From a virus (taxonomy: Duplodnaviria; Caudoviricetes), in IMG/VR virus record IMGVR_UViG_3300028797_000124, positions 1-64,000 of that record: DNA of 64,000 nt. One strand, written 5' to 3'. Each line of letters starts with the position of its first letter. The first letter of the stretch is position 1. Both the position numbers and the translations under genes were made by a program. The notes under the pieces are model-generated. The model did not search any database and was not told the origin of the DNA. It worked only from the letters and a program-made list of their open reading frames with translations. Below, piece by piece: positions 47,996 to 59,000 of this stretch.

Positions 47996-48467
47996 CGTAG
48001 CTGTTCAAGGTGTATATGTCGCGAGTGAATACAGACCACCTTATTACAATGAACCCGGTATCCACATATATGAGATATCGGGTCAACATTGTACCATCGC
48101 AGATTTCAAAACCGAAGAGGTTGAAACTCAAGGCATGGAAACTGCTGGTATGTATATGTTTGATATCACTGAATCAGCATATACTCTTGAACGATATTCC
48201 ACTCAAAGTAAAGATGCAACACCAACAGAAACTGCTGGTATGTATATGTTTGATATCACTGAATCAGCATATACTCTTGAACGATATGAAAAGGATTATA
48301 TCGATACAGAGGGTATGGAAACAGCTGGTATGTATATGCTGGCTATTGTTGATTCTGGATATCGACTCGATATATACGGAAAGAAATCTTCCAACTCAAC
48401 ACCAGAACCCATACTTCGTTTATCATCACTCACATCGGAAGCATGTGTTGTTGAGAATTATACTTAA
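47925..48467 (+). CDS. 180-aa repeat protein, paralog 2
   Basis: Three 30-aa repeats (ETAGMYM..I..S.Y.L..Y); termini shared with 44264. Confidence 0.75.
   Translation: MANVFRSKEVYKNFRYDIDKTKKVVAVQGVYVASEYRPPYYNEPGIHIYEISGQHCTIADFKTEEVETQGMETAGMYMFDITESAYTLERYSTQSKDATPTETAGMYMFDITESAYTLERYEKDYIDTEGMETAGMYMLAIVDSGYRLDIYGKKSSNSTPEPILRLSSLTSEACVVENYT
48138..48377 (+). repeat. 90-bp-period tandem repeat (3 units)
   Basis: 48138-48197 is identical to 48228-48287; a third, diverged unit starts at 48318. Confidence 0.9.
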
Positions 48468-48484
48468 GAAAGGAAGGGATATTT

Positions 48485-51400
48485 ATGAATGAAATAAATG
48501 AATTCAAACCTGTCCCGAGACCCGCTTTTCAAGATATACCTTTCGATCCAACGGGCTTCCCCGAAAGTGTTGAGGAATTCGAAAGAAACTATGAAAAGAA
48601 ACATCCTAACGACTCTGCGATAGCACACAACATATATCACATCGTGGCAGAAGATTTGGATGGCAATATCGTTGATGAAGCTTTTGGTTTGAACATAATG
48701 ACCGATTATGGATTCTCTCAAAAGCACACGATGACTGATTCATACTATTCCGCACTATCCGGATTGTATCTTGGAGATGGTGAATGGTCCGGGGACCTTG
48801 ATCCAGCATCAAAAGTATTGGTTCATCCGATATCGTCTACAAGTGCAAACATGACATACACCGGATACAGTCATAATTTGACAAAATGGATTCCTGAGAA
48901 AGAAAGCAATCTTGTTAGGTTCAAATTATGTGAAGGATATTTCGATTATACGGTATGGTCTGAAGATCATACCGTAACAGAAATCGGTATCGCGTACAGA
49001 AATGGTGATATAAATAATCTTGTATTCCATGCCGCAGTATACGATGCCCAGGGTGAACGAACAACATTCGTCAAGAAAGTAAATCAGAAATTGACAATCA
49101 CAGTGTGGGGCAGAATAATGGTCCCTATTGTTAAAATTGTTAATTCATCCTGGGACAGGGGCATTCCATGTGTCATAAACTCTAACTCATTTTGCCAGTT
49201 GTATTATGGCAACTATTGGAGAGTGTTAACTGCAAACTTTTATCCGTTTGATTGGCATGATGGTGAGTGGTATAGCGCATGGTATGTTAGAAACTATGAT
49301 ACTGGCTCAATCACCGATCACGTATATAATGCATCCGGAACGTGTGGTATGAACATATTCATTGATGGAAGATATCAGTACGTTTCAGATATCTTATTTA
49401 ATTCAAGTTGGTCTTCTGGCAGGGCCTGTCAATATGATACGTATTACATTTTTGCAACGAAATTGAAGATGGCTGAACCGATACCTTTCGAAACGGACAA
49501 ATATCGTTTGGGAGGATACAACAGTGGAAGTACATCGGGTACTTATTGTCGTAGAAATCGTGACACTGCACGCGATCCGAATGGTCAACTTCCAATGACG
49601 GATATTCACGTAACTTCATTATCGATGTATAATGGTCAAACCGATGACTTCGATATCGATGTACCTATATATGAACCATACCCATATGTTGAACACGGCA
49701 TTTTCCTTTTACGTCTTCGCGTAAGAGAATATAACTATATTACATTTTTAAATAGATATGAATGGTATACCGTATACATCAATGAATCTCAGGAATTCCC
49801 GATAAAGAGCATCAGCAATGCCAGCAGAACATTCTATGTTACTGACGCTTATTGGGATTCTTCCACATGGGAAATTGTCCCAAACAATAGTTCAATATCC
49901 CGTGAACAAGGTTCGAAACGATATTTCATCATGTTTGAAGACAGTTTTCCTTGGCGGAGCGATGACTGGAACTATGGATATTATGGAGGGGAATACTATA
50001 CAAGAAATGTTTCCAGATATGATTGGACGCTTCCTCGTATTGATGTGAATAATCGCATTAGTGAAGACACCATGGATTTTGGTCGTCCAACCAATAATTC
50101 ATATAATTATTATTCACGTATTTACGCTGAATCATATTATTCTGGCAAGTATGTTAAGAACGAAACGATTGGTTATATTGCGGGCGACGGTTTCATAATG
50201 TATCCTGATGACTTTTCATTAGATACTCCTCAAACAAATATTCTGGGTAACTACTCGTGGAATAATTATAGTAAGAGCGCGAATTTCTCAGGATATAATC
50301 ACAGATATCCAATGGGTGGTATAGATTTACCAGCAGTCCCATCTGGATATAATAATGATGGCACGCATCCAGGAATGATATGGAATACTACACGGGGCAC
50401 ACATATTGCAAACTGCGGATATAATTCTTGGTCAAGGGGTGTAAGAGTTTACACACCAAGTTCAGATCCAACTGAAGCTCCATCATATGAAAACTTCACA
50501 TTCGATGCGGCGTGGTCCGATGTACCAGCAATGACTGATACACAAAACGGTTATGTCGTATTTTCATATGTTTCTGGTGCAAACAATGCAAACTGCACAT
50601 ATGTGGTCGAATACGATGTCGAAGGTGTCGCTCCAAATATGTACAAGGTCGAAGGATATCATCACGGTTGGGCTATTGATCTGACGAATTATTTTGTCGC
50701 GATAGACGCATCAGTCACAGACCATCTCCATATGGTCGTATATGATATGGCCAATCGTACGATTCATGCCGAATTCGATCTTCCCGAAGGATATACCTTC
50801 CAGGGTGGTGCGGGATGGAAAGATTATGTGTATATCCGTGTTGACCAATCTGGTGCCAAATCAACTTTCTTATACTATATCAATAGTGGTATTTATGAAA
50901 ATACACCACTCAATATCCCACAAATGAGATTGGATACAACTTCATACTATGCACACATACAACGTTCTGTGCCCGCAAATGGAAATATTGAAAGTTGTAT
51001 GGTTCTTCTCGCGTCAGATAGAGATATCGATAATGAAAACCATGTATTCTTCAAGGAATCAGATCCAACACATTCGGTTCAACTGATAAGAAACGAACGA
51101 TGTGAAACATCAAACTATATCAGATGGCAGAAAGCGTGGTTGGGTTATTCATCCGACAACAAACAACTGATATTGACATATGCTGGTAGAAGAAATATTG
51201 CCTTAGACTTAGGCTGGTGTCTGAAGCATGGAACCGTATCTACTCATTTAACATGGGGGGATTTGTATGATGAGTCTTCGAACACATATACTCCAATATA
51301 TTACAAAGGATACATATATTGTATGCAATTATATCGTTATGAATATTATGACGAGAAACATAGATTCCGCCATAGATACTGGAGACAGCCTGTCCAACAA

Positions 51401-51574
51401 TGGTTGAATCTCAAGATTGTTGGTACAACGTATACACCAAACTCAATGATGAATCCTGTTCGTATACAAGGTAACTTTGCAACATGGCTTTATCAGGATA
51501 CCAACAGAGGAACCGATGTGGCTCCAGAGCCATACGTTCCGCCACAGGAGGAAGAAGAAGATCCTCCATTATAA
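48485..51574 (+). CDS. Putative tail-associated/receptor-binding protein, paralog C
   Basis: Paralogous termini as above; Tyr/Trp-rich variable middle. Confidence 0.6.
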   Translation: MNEINEFKPVPRPAFQDIPFDPTGFPESVEEFERNYEKKHPNDSAIAHNIYHIVAEDLDGNIVDEAFGLNIMTDYGFSQKHTMTDSYYSALSGLYLGDGEWSGDLDPASKVLVHPISSTSANMTYTGYSHNLTKWIPEKESNLVRFKLCEGYFDYTVWSEDHTVTEIGIAYRNGDINNLVFHAAVYDAQGERTTFVKKVNQKLTITVWGRIMVPIVKIVNSSWDRGIPCVINSNSFCQLYYGNYWRVLTANFYPFDWHDGEWYSAWYVRNYDTGSITDHVYNASGTCGMNIFIDGRYQYVSDILFNSSWSSGRACQYDTYYIFATKLKMAEPIPFETDKYRLGGYNSGSTSGTYCRRNRDTARDPNGQLPMTDIHVTSLSMYNGQTDDFDIDVPIYEPYPYVEHGIFLLRLRVREYNYITFLNRYEWYTVYINESQEFPIKSISNASRTFYVTDAYWDSSTWEIVPNNSSISREQGSKRYFIMFEDSFPWRSDDWNYGYYGGEYYTRNVSRYDWTLPRIDVNNRISEDTMDFGRPTNNSYNYYSRIYAESYYSGKYVKNETIGYIAGDGFIMYPDDFSLDTPQTNILGNYSWNNYSKSANFSGYNHRYPMGGIDLPAVPSGYNNDGTHPGMIWNTTRGTHIANCGYNSWSRGVRVYTPSSDPTEAPSYENFTFDAAWSDVPAMTDTQNGYVVFSYVSGANNANCTYVVEYDVEGVAPNMYKVEGYHHGWAIDLTNYFVAIDASVTDHLHMVVYDMANRTIHAEFDLPEGYTFQGGAGWKDYVYIRVDQSGAKSTFLYYINSGIYENTPLNIPQMRLDTTSYYAHIQRSVPANGNIESCMVLLASDRDIDNENHVFFKESDPTHSVQLIRNERCETSNYIRWQKAWLGYSSDNKQLILTYAGRRNIALDLGWCLKHGTVSTHLTWGDLYDESSNTYTPIYYKGYIYCMQLYRYEYYDEKHRFRHRYWRQPVQQWLNLKIVGTTYTPNSMMNPVRIQGNFATWLYQDTNRGTDVAPEPYVPPQEEEEDPPL

Positions 51575-51589
51575 AACAAAGAATGAGAG

Positions 51590-51609
51590 TGGGGGCCATT
51601 GGCCCCCAT
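51590..51609. terminator. Hairpin between convergent operons
   Basis: TGGGGGCC-ATT-GGCCCCCA. Confidence 0.65.
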
Positions 51610-51612
51610 TCA

Positions 51613-54600
51613 TCATTTGATTATATTGATTTTGATGTTGTCATCTTCCATTACGAACATTTCAGGTACGAAATGTTCGAGCTCGGATACGAGTCTGCCA
51701 CTGCTCTGATCAGTGTATTTAGGGAAGTCGTCAAGTCTTCTCCATTTCTGGACAATTGCCTGAATGTTAGCATCCATGTAGTTTCCGTTTGCACTATCCT
51801 TTTCGTCAGTGTACCAACCTTTGAACTTCATGTATGCAACATTATCATGACTTTCCATCTGCTGAATGAGATGTGAAATGTAAATATTATTGTCCATGCT
51901 CACCAGATCAACAGGAGTATGAATTGAAGTCAATCTGTTGAAGTAGGACTTAACTATCAATCTCAACTCATTCAATGTATTTGTTGCCAATGCCTGATTG
52001 AACAACTTAACATCGAATTCGATCTGAACATTGAGATCCGGCCAGAAGTAAGCTTCACCGTCTCTGTTCACATCAATATCAGCACAGTATGTGTGAGGTT
52101 TACCATACGTTGCAGTGAGCTTACAATCGAGATAATTGTTTCCATCCAATCTCTCCATGATTACCGGCTCAAGTGCTTTATGAACCTGAGTGAATGAAGA
52201 TACAAAGTTCTTGAATCTGACAGAGTTCATTAATGTATTCTGAACAAACGGAATGAGCTGAATCTCAACTCCACCGTTTACATTCGTCTTTGCAAACATC
52301 TCACCCACACCATCGTTGTATGTGTTCAGCGTTTGGTCAACAAGATCCCAACAGATGAAGTTATCCAGCTTGGTGTAAGTATCCGAAGCGGTGTTATATT
52401 TGTATGCTACCCAGAGTCTTGGTTCACTTGGGTCTGGTGTGATGTCGATGAAGAAGTGATCAGCATCCCCGGTCATTACTGTCATGTGTGCATTATCAGA
52501 ATAGAACTTACCTTCGTAATAGTATCCTTCTTTGATCTTCGAATTATTATAGTTCGGAACAGAATACTCAACAGCAGTTTCTGTGATCTGAATGAGTGTT
52601 TCATGTACGTTCTCAATTTTCTGAGAATGAACCTGGACAGATTGATCAATCTTTGTATCATAATCATTCAACATTGCTTCGAGATCAATTACACATTTCT
52701 CAGACAACTGTTGAAATGTTTCATAATCGTAAGGTGGCTCGGTTTCATTACTGAGTGCCTTTGTACAATCTATCACGTTCTTCAAGTTGCCGTATGTAAG
52801 CAAATCTTCACTTGACTTCGGATTATTGGTATTGAATGCAAGCATTTCATCGTGGATTTCAACTTCGTTTTCTGTAGGAATAGAAGATTCTCCGAAATCA
52901 ACGGTGGATCTCATCTCTTTCAGTTCCTGTACGAATGAAATATCATCGAGTGAATATTCATCCACAAGACGGAATCCCTTGTATTCATCATTGTCATTCG
53001 GAATATCAGAAGAACGATCCTTGATATTTGAACGAATGAGAATAGATATCTTGAGTTCGGGATTTGATGCTGAAATGGATACCGTGGATCCAGCGGTAGT
53101 TGGGGTCCATCCGCCACCACCCGTTTTAAGTGATGCGATATTGATTCTGTTGTAGATATCAACGAGCTCGTTCAGTGGATACATTTCTGTCTCAAAACGA
53201 TATGAACCATCACTTTCTCTTTCAACAGGTCTCATCTCAATACGTCCAGTCTCACCACCATCGTACAATGCATGAAGGATAACTCTCATATTATTTGAAT
53301 GAACATCGAGGAAGTCATTCTGAATATGGAAGAGGGCTGTACCATCTGGAACATTTGAAAGTTTGATTCTGTAGTAATCGATAGCTCCCTGTTCAGGCGA
53401 TGGTTTCATGTCAGCATAAAGAATGATTGCGGTAGATCCCATGTTGGAGAAATCGAACTCATAATACTGGTTGTTGTTTTCATCAACCTGTGGAGAAATT
53501 GGATTACCGGTCCAAGGAATGTATACGGATGCGGCATTCTTGATTTCATACTGAGTAAAGAATGTTTCATTCTGGAAGCGAATATTAATCATAATGGATG
53601 GGGCCATGCTCTGACCTATCTGATACAACTGATCGTCACCATATTTGGAAACTGATGAAAGTGTCGCCATGGTAACTCTGATTGCAGATATCTGTCCGAG
53701 AGGTGCAGTATCATCCAATCTTGCCTCATAATAATTTTGACCGTTCACACGTCCAAATGTTATGTGAGAATCGAAAGGTACTGTCGCGTCACGATGTCCT
53801 TGCCAGTAAACATTCGTGTCACCCGTTACAAGTATAGGCTCCCACAGTTTACCCAGACCTTCTCCCCATATACTATCTTCACCATAGTATCTGAGATTGC
53901 TACCAGAAGCAACTGTGATAGGAAGCTGGATCTCCTGTTCATCAACAGAAGACATATCTTCAATCCAGAATATGCCGTTGAGCGTCCAAGTACCATCATC
54001 AGCTTGAGCTTTACTCTTTACACAGAAATATGTATTATCAGGATCAAACTGTAGAGTCTTTCCATCGTAATTGTTCAAAGGAAGCAGCGGGATATCAGAA
54101 GCCAGATCATCAAGTGGTTTATTAAAGTATTTCCACATTGCCGCAGAGAATATCGGAGGAACCGCATTCTGTTGAACGTTCTTTACCAAAGGAGAACCAT
54201 CAAGCCATTCCGCAACAGTTGGTGAAATGTATGTGGTTACCTTATAGAAGTTTTCCTGATATGTTCTTTGAACGTTCATGATGATTGGAGTTGCATGGTA
54301 TACTGCAGAAGCATCCTCATTATTATCATCGGAAACTTTACTCATCTCAGTCTTTGGAATGAGTGAGCATGTTACATAATCATTGATCCATGGATTAAAG
54401 TATCCGATTGCAAAAGGATCTTTCTGAATACGGATACCGAAAGGATTAGCAAAGATAAACTTCTCACCAATCTTGGCGGTAGAGTTTGCCTTCTCAACAG
54501 TGATCTTTCCTTCGCCAGTATACGGAACGACCGTGTGCTTGTTTTCACCATAAACCCACAACCATCCGGGAGGAATGATTATCTCATTATTGTTGATGCT

Positions 54601-55959
54601 GTTGTTATTGTTTGCATATAACACATCATAGTTGATCTTACCATGGAGAGTGTTTGTTCTGTAAACATAATCATCGTCATCTTTCAGAGCGATGAAACCA
54701 GACCAGATTCTACCCCATGGATCATCTCTTCTCTTGTAGAAGAAAGGATACAAAACGTTCTTGAAATAGAATGTCTTGAAGTACTCATCCAGATCATGAT
54801 CTGTTGCGATCTGATTTGCTGTGTTGTATGCTTCAATGGTTTCTCTACGAACAGTCTCAATGTTACCAATGTTGGTACCACCCATACTTCCTGAGATTAC
54901 GAATGCAGCCTTCATGACATTTCCGTTGTTTGAATAACGATTAGATGCTGTGATAACCTGAGGCTGATCATATCCTCCATAACCCATGAACTGTTCACTC
55001 TTGTTTCCGTCGTTATCAAACGCAGTAAAGTTTGCAGCTTCACCATGGCAGGTATAAATGGTAATCTCATATGAAGAGTTTACCTTTGGAACGAAATACT
55101 TCGAACCGTTTAACTGCCACATGAAACGGATTGTCTGGGGATTGTCCATGATGTAGTGAACATATGGATCAGTATCCTTAACAGAATCATGTATCGGAAG
55201 AATATGATCATGAGGAATCCACTGTTCATTTCCTTTGCCATCAATATACTTGATATCAAATCCAGCGATATGATTCAAACAGCTTATAACAGTATCCTGA
55301 TTAGGAATACCATTTGCCATATTATTGACAACCGTGTGAACCTGACGTTCATACTCAGAAGCTTGAACAAGCAAACAAAGCCAAGTATCAGTAACACGAT
55401 ATATGATGTATGTATCTTTATTCTTTGCAACTGAGTTGAGCTGATCCTTATTAGTATACTGAACATTCCATGCTTGAACGGCATTCTCGAGAGTTGTCGT
55501 TTCGATGTTCTTGTACTGAATAAGGATATCATAATCAAGAGAATACACACTTCCGTTTGAAAGGTTGAACTTTGTATCCTTGTCAAGTGTGAATTCATAT
55601 AAGCCGTTATCAGCGTTTAATACGGCATTGTTGTGTATGTCTTCAATCTTCAATTCGAGGAGGAAGTTACATGAAGACGGAATCGCAAACGAATAACCGA
55701 TGTTGAATATAGCAGCCTCAGCGTATATAGAATCCGCCAATACAGCTTTTGTTATAAACGATTCATTGAAGTAGAATGATGATGTGAACGCCATCTGTTC
55801 GATACCCTGAGACATATACTCAGTTATCATTGATAAACTACCGGTGTTCAATACATTCAAAGGAATTTCTTTAAACACTCTTGGTGCAAGAACACCTTGG
55901 ATGTACTGTTTTATTTTGGAATCATCCGAATAGTTTTGCAGCATGATTTCATCAGCCAT
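51613..55959 (-). CDS. Baseplate wedge protein (T4 gp6-like N-terminus), 1448 aa
   Basis: FYFNESFITKAVLADSIYAEAAIFN resembles the gp6/J-family NE.F..TA....S motif; ITIYTCHGEAANF and SMGGTN..ETVR. Confidence 0.7.
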   Translation of the reverse strand: MADEIMLQNYSDDSKIKQYIQGVLAPRVFKEIPLNVLNTGSLSMITEYMSQGIEQMAFTSSFYFNESFITKAVLADSIYAEAAIFNIGYSFAIPSSCNFLLELKIEDIHNNAVLNADNGLYEFTLDKDTKFNLSNGSVYSLDYDILIQYKNIETTTLENAVQAWNVQYTNKDQLNSVAKNKDTYIIYRVTDTWLCLLVQASEYERQVHTVVNNMANGIPNQDTVISCLNHIAGFDIKYIDGKGNEQWIPHDHILPIHDSVKDTDPYVHYIMDNPQTIRFMWQLNGSKYFVPKVNSSYEITIYTCHGEAANFTAFDNDGNKSEQFMGYGGYDQPQVITASNRYSNNGNVMKAAFVISGSMGGTNIGNIETVRRETIEAYNTANQIATDHDLDEYFKTFYFKNVLYPFFYKRRDDPWGRIWSGFIALKDDDDYVYRTNTLHGKINYDVLYANNNNSINNNEIIIPPGWLWVYGENKHTVVPYTGEGKITVEKANSTAKIGEKFIFANPFGIRIQKDPFAIGYFNPWINDYVTCSLIPKTEMSKVSDDNNEDASAVYHATPIIMNVQRTYQENFYKVTTYISPTVAEWLDGSPLVKNVQQNAVPPIFSAAMWKYFNKPLDDLASDIPLLPLNNYDGKTLQFDPDNTYFCVKSKAQADDGTWTLNGIFWIEDMSSVDEQEIQLPITVASGSNLRYYGEDSIWGEGLGKLWEPILVTGDTNVYWQGHRDATVPFDSHITFGRVNGQNYYEARLDDTAPLGQISAIRVTMATLSSVSKYGDDQLYQIGQSMAPSIMINIRFQNETFFTQYEIKNAASVYIPWTGNPISPQVDENNNQYYEFDFSNMGSTAIILYADMKPSPEQGAIDYYRIKLSNVPDGTALFHIQNDFLDVHSNNMRVILHALYDGGETGRIEMRPVERESDGSYRFETEMYPLNELVDIYNRINIASLKTGGGGWTPTTAGSTVSISASNPELKISILIRSNIKDRSSDIPNDNDEYKGFRLVDEYSLDDISFVQELKEMRSTVDFGESSIPTENEVEIHDEMLAFNTNNPKSSEDLLTYGNLKNVIDCTKALSNETEPPYDYETFQQLSEKCVIDLEAMLNDYDTKIDQSVQVHSQKIENVHETLIQITETAVEYSVPNYNNSKIKEGYYYEGKFYSDNAHMTVMTGDADHFFIDITPDPSEPRLWVAYKYNTASDTYTKLDNFICWDLVDQTLNTYNDGVGEMFAKTNVNGGVEIQLIPFVQNTLMNSVRFKNFVSSFTQVHKALEPVIMERLDGNNYLDCKLTATYGKPHTYCADIDVNRDGEAYFWPDLNVQIEFDVKLFNQALATNTLNELRLIVKSYFNRLTSIHTPVDLVSMDNNIYISHLIQQMESHDNVAYMKFKGWYTDEKDSANGNYMDANIQAIVQKWRRLDDFPKYTDQSSGRLVSELEHFVPEMFVMEDDNIKINIIK

Positions 55960-55999
55960 TTCAATTACCTCACTTTCTTATAGTCTTCATACCGTCGAA

Positions 56000-56016
56000 A
56001 ACCTCACGGTAATGTT
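56000..56016. promoter_or_regulatory. Overlapping divergent AAC-N7-T(A/G) motifs (putative late promoters)
   Basis: + strand AAC-CTCACGG-TAAT and - strand AAC-ATTACCG-TGAG, between divergent structural operons. Confidence 0.45.
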
Positions 56017-56099
56017 CGAGCGCAAGATTATACCGAACGTATGTTACGAAAATGTCCATGATGTTTTCGTTCAAATATTATAATAAGGAGGAATAAATC

Positions 56100-59000
56100 A
56101 TGGCTCAAGATAAAGTTCAGCTCAAACGTGAAGAAGTCGTTGGAAATGATGTTGTGTTGCAGGATATAAATCCTAAGACCAAGACCAATTCCATTACAGA
56201 TTCTGCCAAAGGAGTTCCGTTAGATCAGACTCTTGCATTGATCAAGAACATGATTAACAACAAACTCTCACGAGTTGTAAACTCTGTGAATGGCAAAACT
56301 GGTATTGTTATACTTGATGCAAATGATGTTGGTCTTGGAAATGTTGACAACATTTCTTTCGGCGATATCAAGCGTTGGGTTATAGAATATTTGGGTGATA
56401 TCTTCGGTTCGAAGAGAATAATCCTCAGGGACTACCTCTCCCAGATTCATGAGATACTCGGCACGAATGACAAGATCTACGCAGATACTCCATTCTATGC
56501 CCAGGCTGGCGATGCGACGAACAATGACTTCATCGCATACATCGGTTACATATATTGGGATGAAACTACATCCTCATTGAGAGAGGAACACAAGGAAATC
56601 AAGGTCATTGGTTTCACTGACGAGTCTCTCGTATACAATACAAACTGTGATATCGATCCGTATCATCCTGATGATCACAGGAATCTTTCAGGTGGTGGAC
56701 TTGCTGTAAACATCTGGTCTAAGGAGGATGCCCTCAAGATCAGGCGTGCTGAGGGTCTCTTTACAAGAGACGGGTATGATCCTGCTGTTCTTAATGACAC
56801 GGGTCTTTATATCGATAAGAGTAAAGTTGTTCCCAATGTATACTTCTTCGATGGAGTATATGGAACTCTTACGGGTGAAGGTACCGGTATGCACAATATT
56901 GATGCTCTCGTATATTGGTCAAACGACCCACATGATACTACCGAAAGCAACCTTCCAATTCTCAATATCACGATAAATGGTCAGGCAATCGGAATGACAT
57001 CGACTGCGGGTGGAGATCCTGTATACACGCTTCATCATCCATCTGATCTTCCTCTTAAAGTTGGAGATATCATTCTCACAAACTTTGCTTTCGATCAGTA
57101 TATCAATCCCGATGATGCATCTCACAGAGAAAATGTTCTTTACCCAAGAATGCTTGACTCGTTGACATGCCGTCAACCTTCTCTCGGTGTTGTAACTCAG
57201 GTTGCTGATACAACTAATGATACGCCGTGTATAATCGATTTTAAACCACGAAGACCAAACGTTGGTCACGGCTTGAAACTGATTATAACCGACAGTGCTT
57301 CTGGAGTTGGTCCGGAAGATTCTGAGATTGGACTTGATCTCATGGAAGGTACTATTACAATGGGTGATGGCACTAATATTGATACCAATGATGGAAACAA
57401 TGTTTCGGGTATCAATGCTATAGACAAACATGATCCAATATCCAGATCTCCTCGTAGTTCTCAGGCAAAGCATCTGTACACTGTATATCCAACCGGAAAG
57501 AGTTCGGATTTGATCGGTGGAAGCATCGATGTAGATTCATCATTCATTCTTCCAAATTTCTCAATGTGCATAATTCCATCGGCCCTTAATAAAGCTTCGA
57601 GTGAACCAGCGATCAAGAACTGGAATCCTACATCACCAATGTCAAACACTCATGCTGGTGAAGTTCTCGGTAACGCCCGCAAGTTTAACATGGTTGGTGT
57701 GAACCTTGCAAAGGTTATTATGGATACAAATGTTGGTGATGATGATCACGCATTTGCAAGAAATGTTTCCGGTCTGAGAGTTAATACAAGTGATGACTTA
57801 TTCGACGATGAGTGGTATGGATATGGTTCAGGTATAGATACTATACCAAACTATCTGACATCTGGTGGTATCTCTGTTAACGTCGGCGACTTCCTTGGAA
57901 TAGGCACACCAACAGAACTTTCAGCAGCTCCTGCTGAAAAAGGTAGCTACTATAACGAGGGTAAAGTCAATGTACGTATTGACAGAATGCAAGGTCTTAA
58001 CGGTGTTGCTGGAAACAGGCTTGCTGTTAATATCGCCGGTGGATATTCATACGCTCCGGAAGGGATTACGCATAACTGGCTTGAGGGTGGTCTCACATTT
58101 GTTGATGGTGGTACCCGCGCTCCCGCTCAGGGTGTTCTTGCAGTTAATACCGCAGAGGAGGCTTCTGGTCTTGGTATTAAGAACTCATATAGAGTCAATG
58201 TTAGACATACCAACTGGGGTAATCGTATAATGGCTGACACTTTCAACAACGTTCTGGTTGTTAAACCTGCCAAGTTTACCGAATCTTCGACAGAAAGGGC
58301 ATCACTTACAAAGTCTGGTCTTGAGGTTCACAAACAGATTCAAGAAGAAGATTTTGCAAATAAGATAACATTCACAAACATATACAATCAGAGAATGTGG
58401 TTATCTGAAGGACAACTCCATGACGATATAGTCCAGAACCCATCCAACTTTGATACTACTCACATATACATCGCGGGAGGAAAGCGTTTCATATATGCTG
58501 AACCTCAAGGACAACAAACAGAAATAAGTTTGTTCATGTACTACTCGGATGAATCCGAATATAACGCGATTCTCACATGGATTAGAACAGGAAATGATTC
58601 TGATGTTCCGGATGCAACCTGGCCCATCCACGGATATACACTCACACCAAATGAACACACAACAGCAAATGATGAATGTCTGGCAATTCTTCGGAGACAG
58701 TGTCATGTGTTGATCGAGGAATATCCAAGTATATCGAATGATACCAGATATAGACTAAAGGCTTCTATTTCCGAACCAACAACATCTGCAGATCTTCGTT
58801 TTCCAGATCTTGATCACGATGGCAATGTTGATGCTACAGAGGCATCATCTGTACTTGCTTATTTCTCATTCTTAGTTACGGTTACGCGAGTATACTCAAC
58901 TACAGTCGGTGGTCAAAAGGTGTTCTACACAGATCCAGGACTGACCACTCCACTCGAACCCGTTGTGGGCAGAGGATACATGGATATGAATGATTATCTG

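Noticed and set aside
44264-48467. CRISPR array or diversity-generating retroelement TR/VR pair
   Set aside because: The repeats are in-frame coding units with a 90-bp period, differences are not adenine-specific, and no cas or reverse transcriptase gene is in the window.
41387-51574. Invertase-driven shufflon of tail genes
   Set aside because: All genes are co-oriented and full length, the repeats are direct, and no recombinase gene is nearby.
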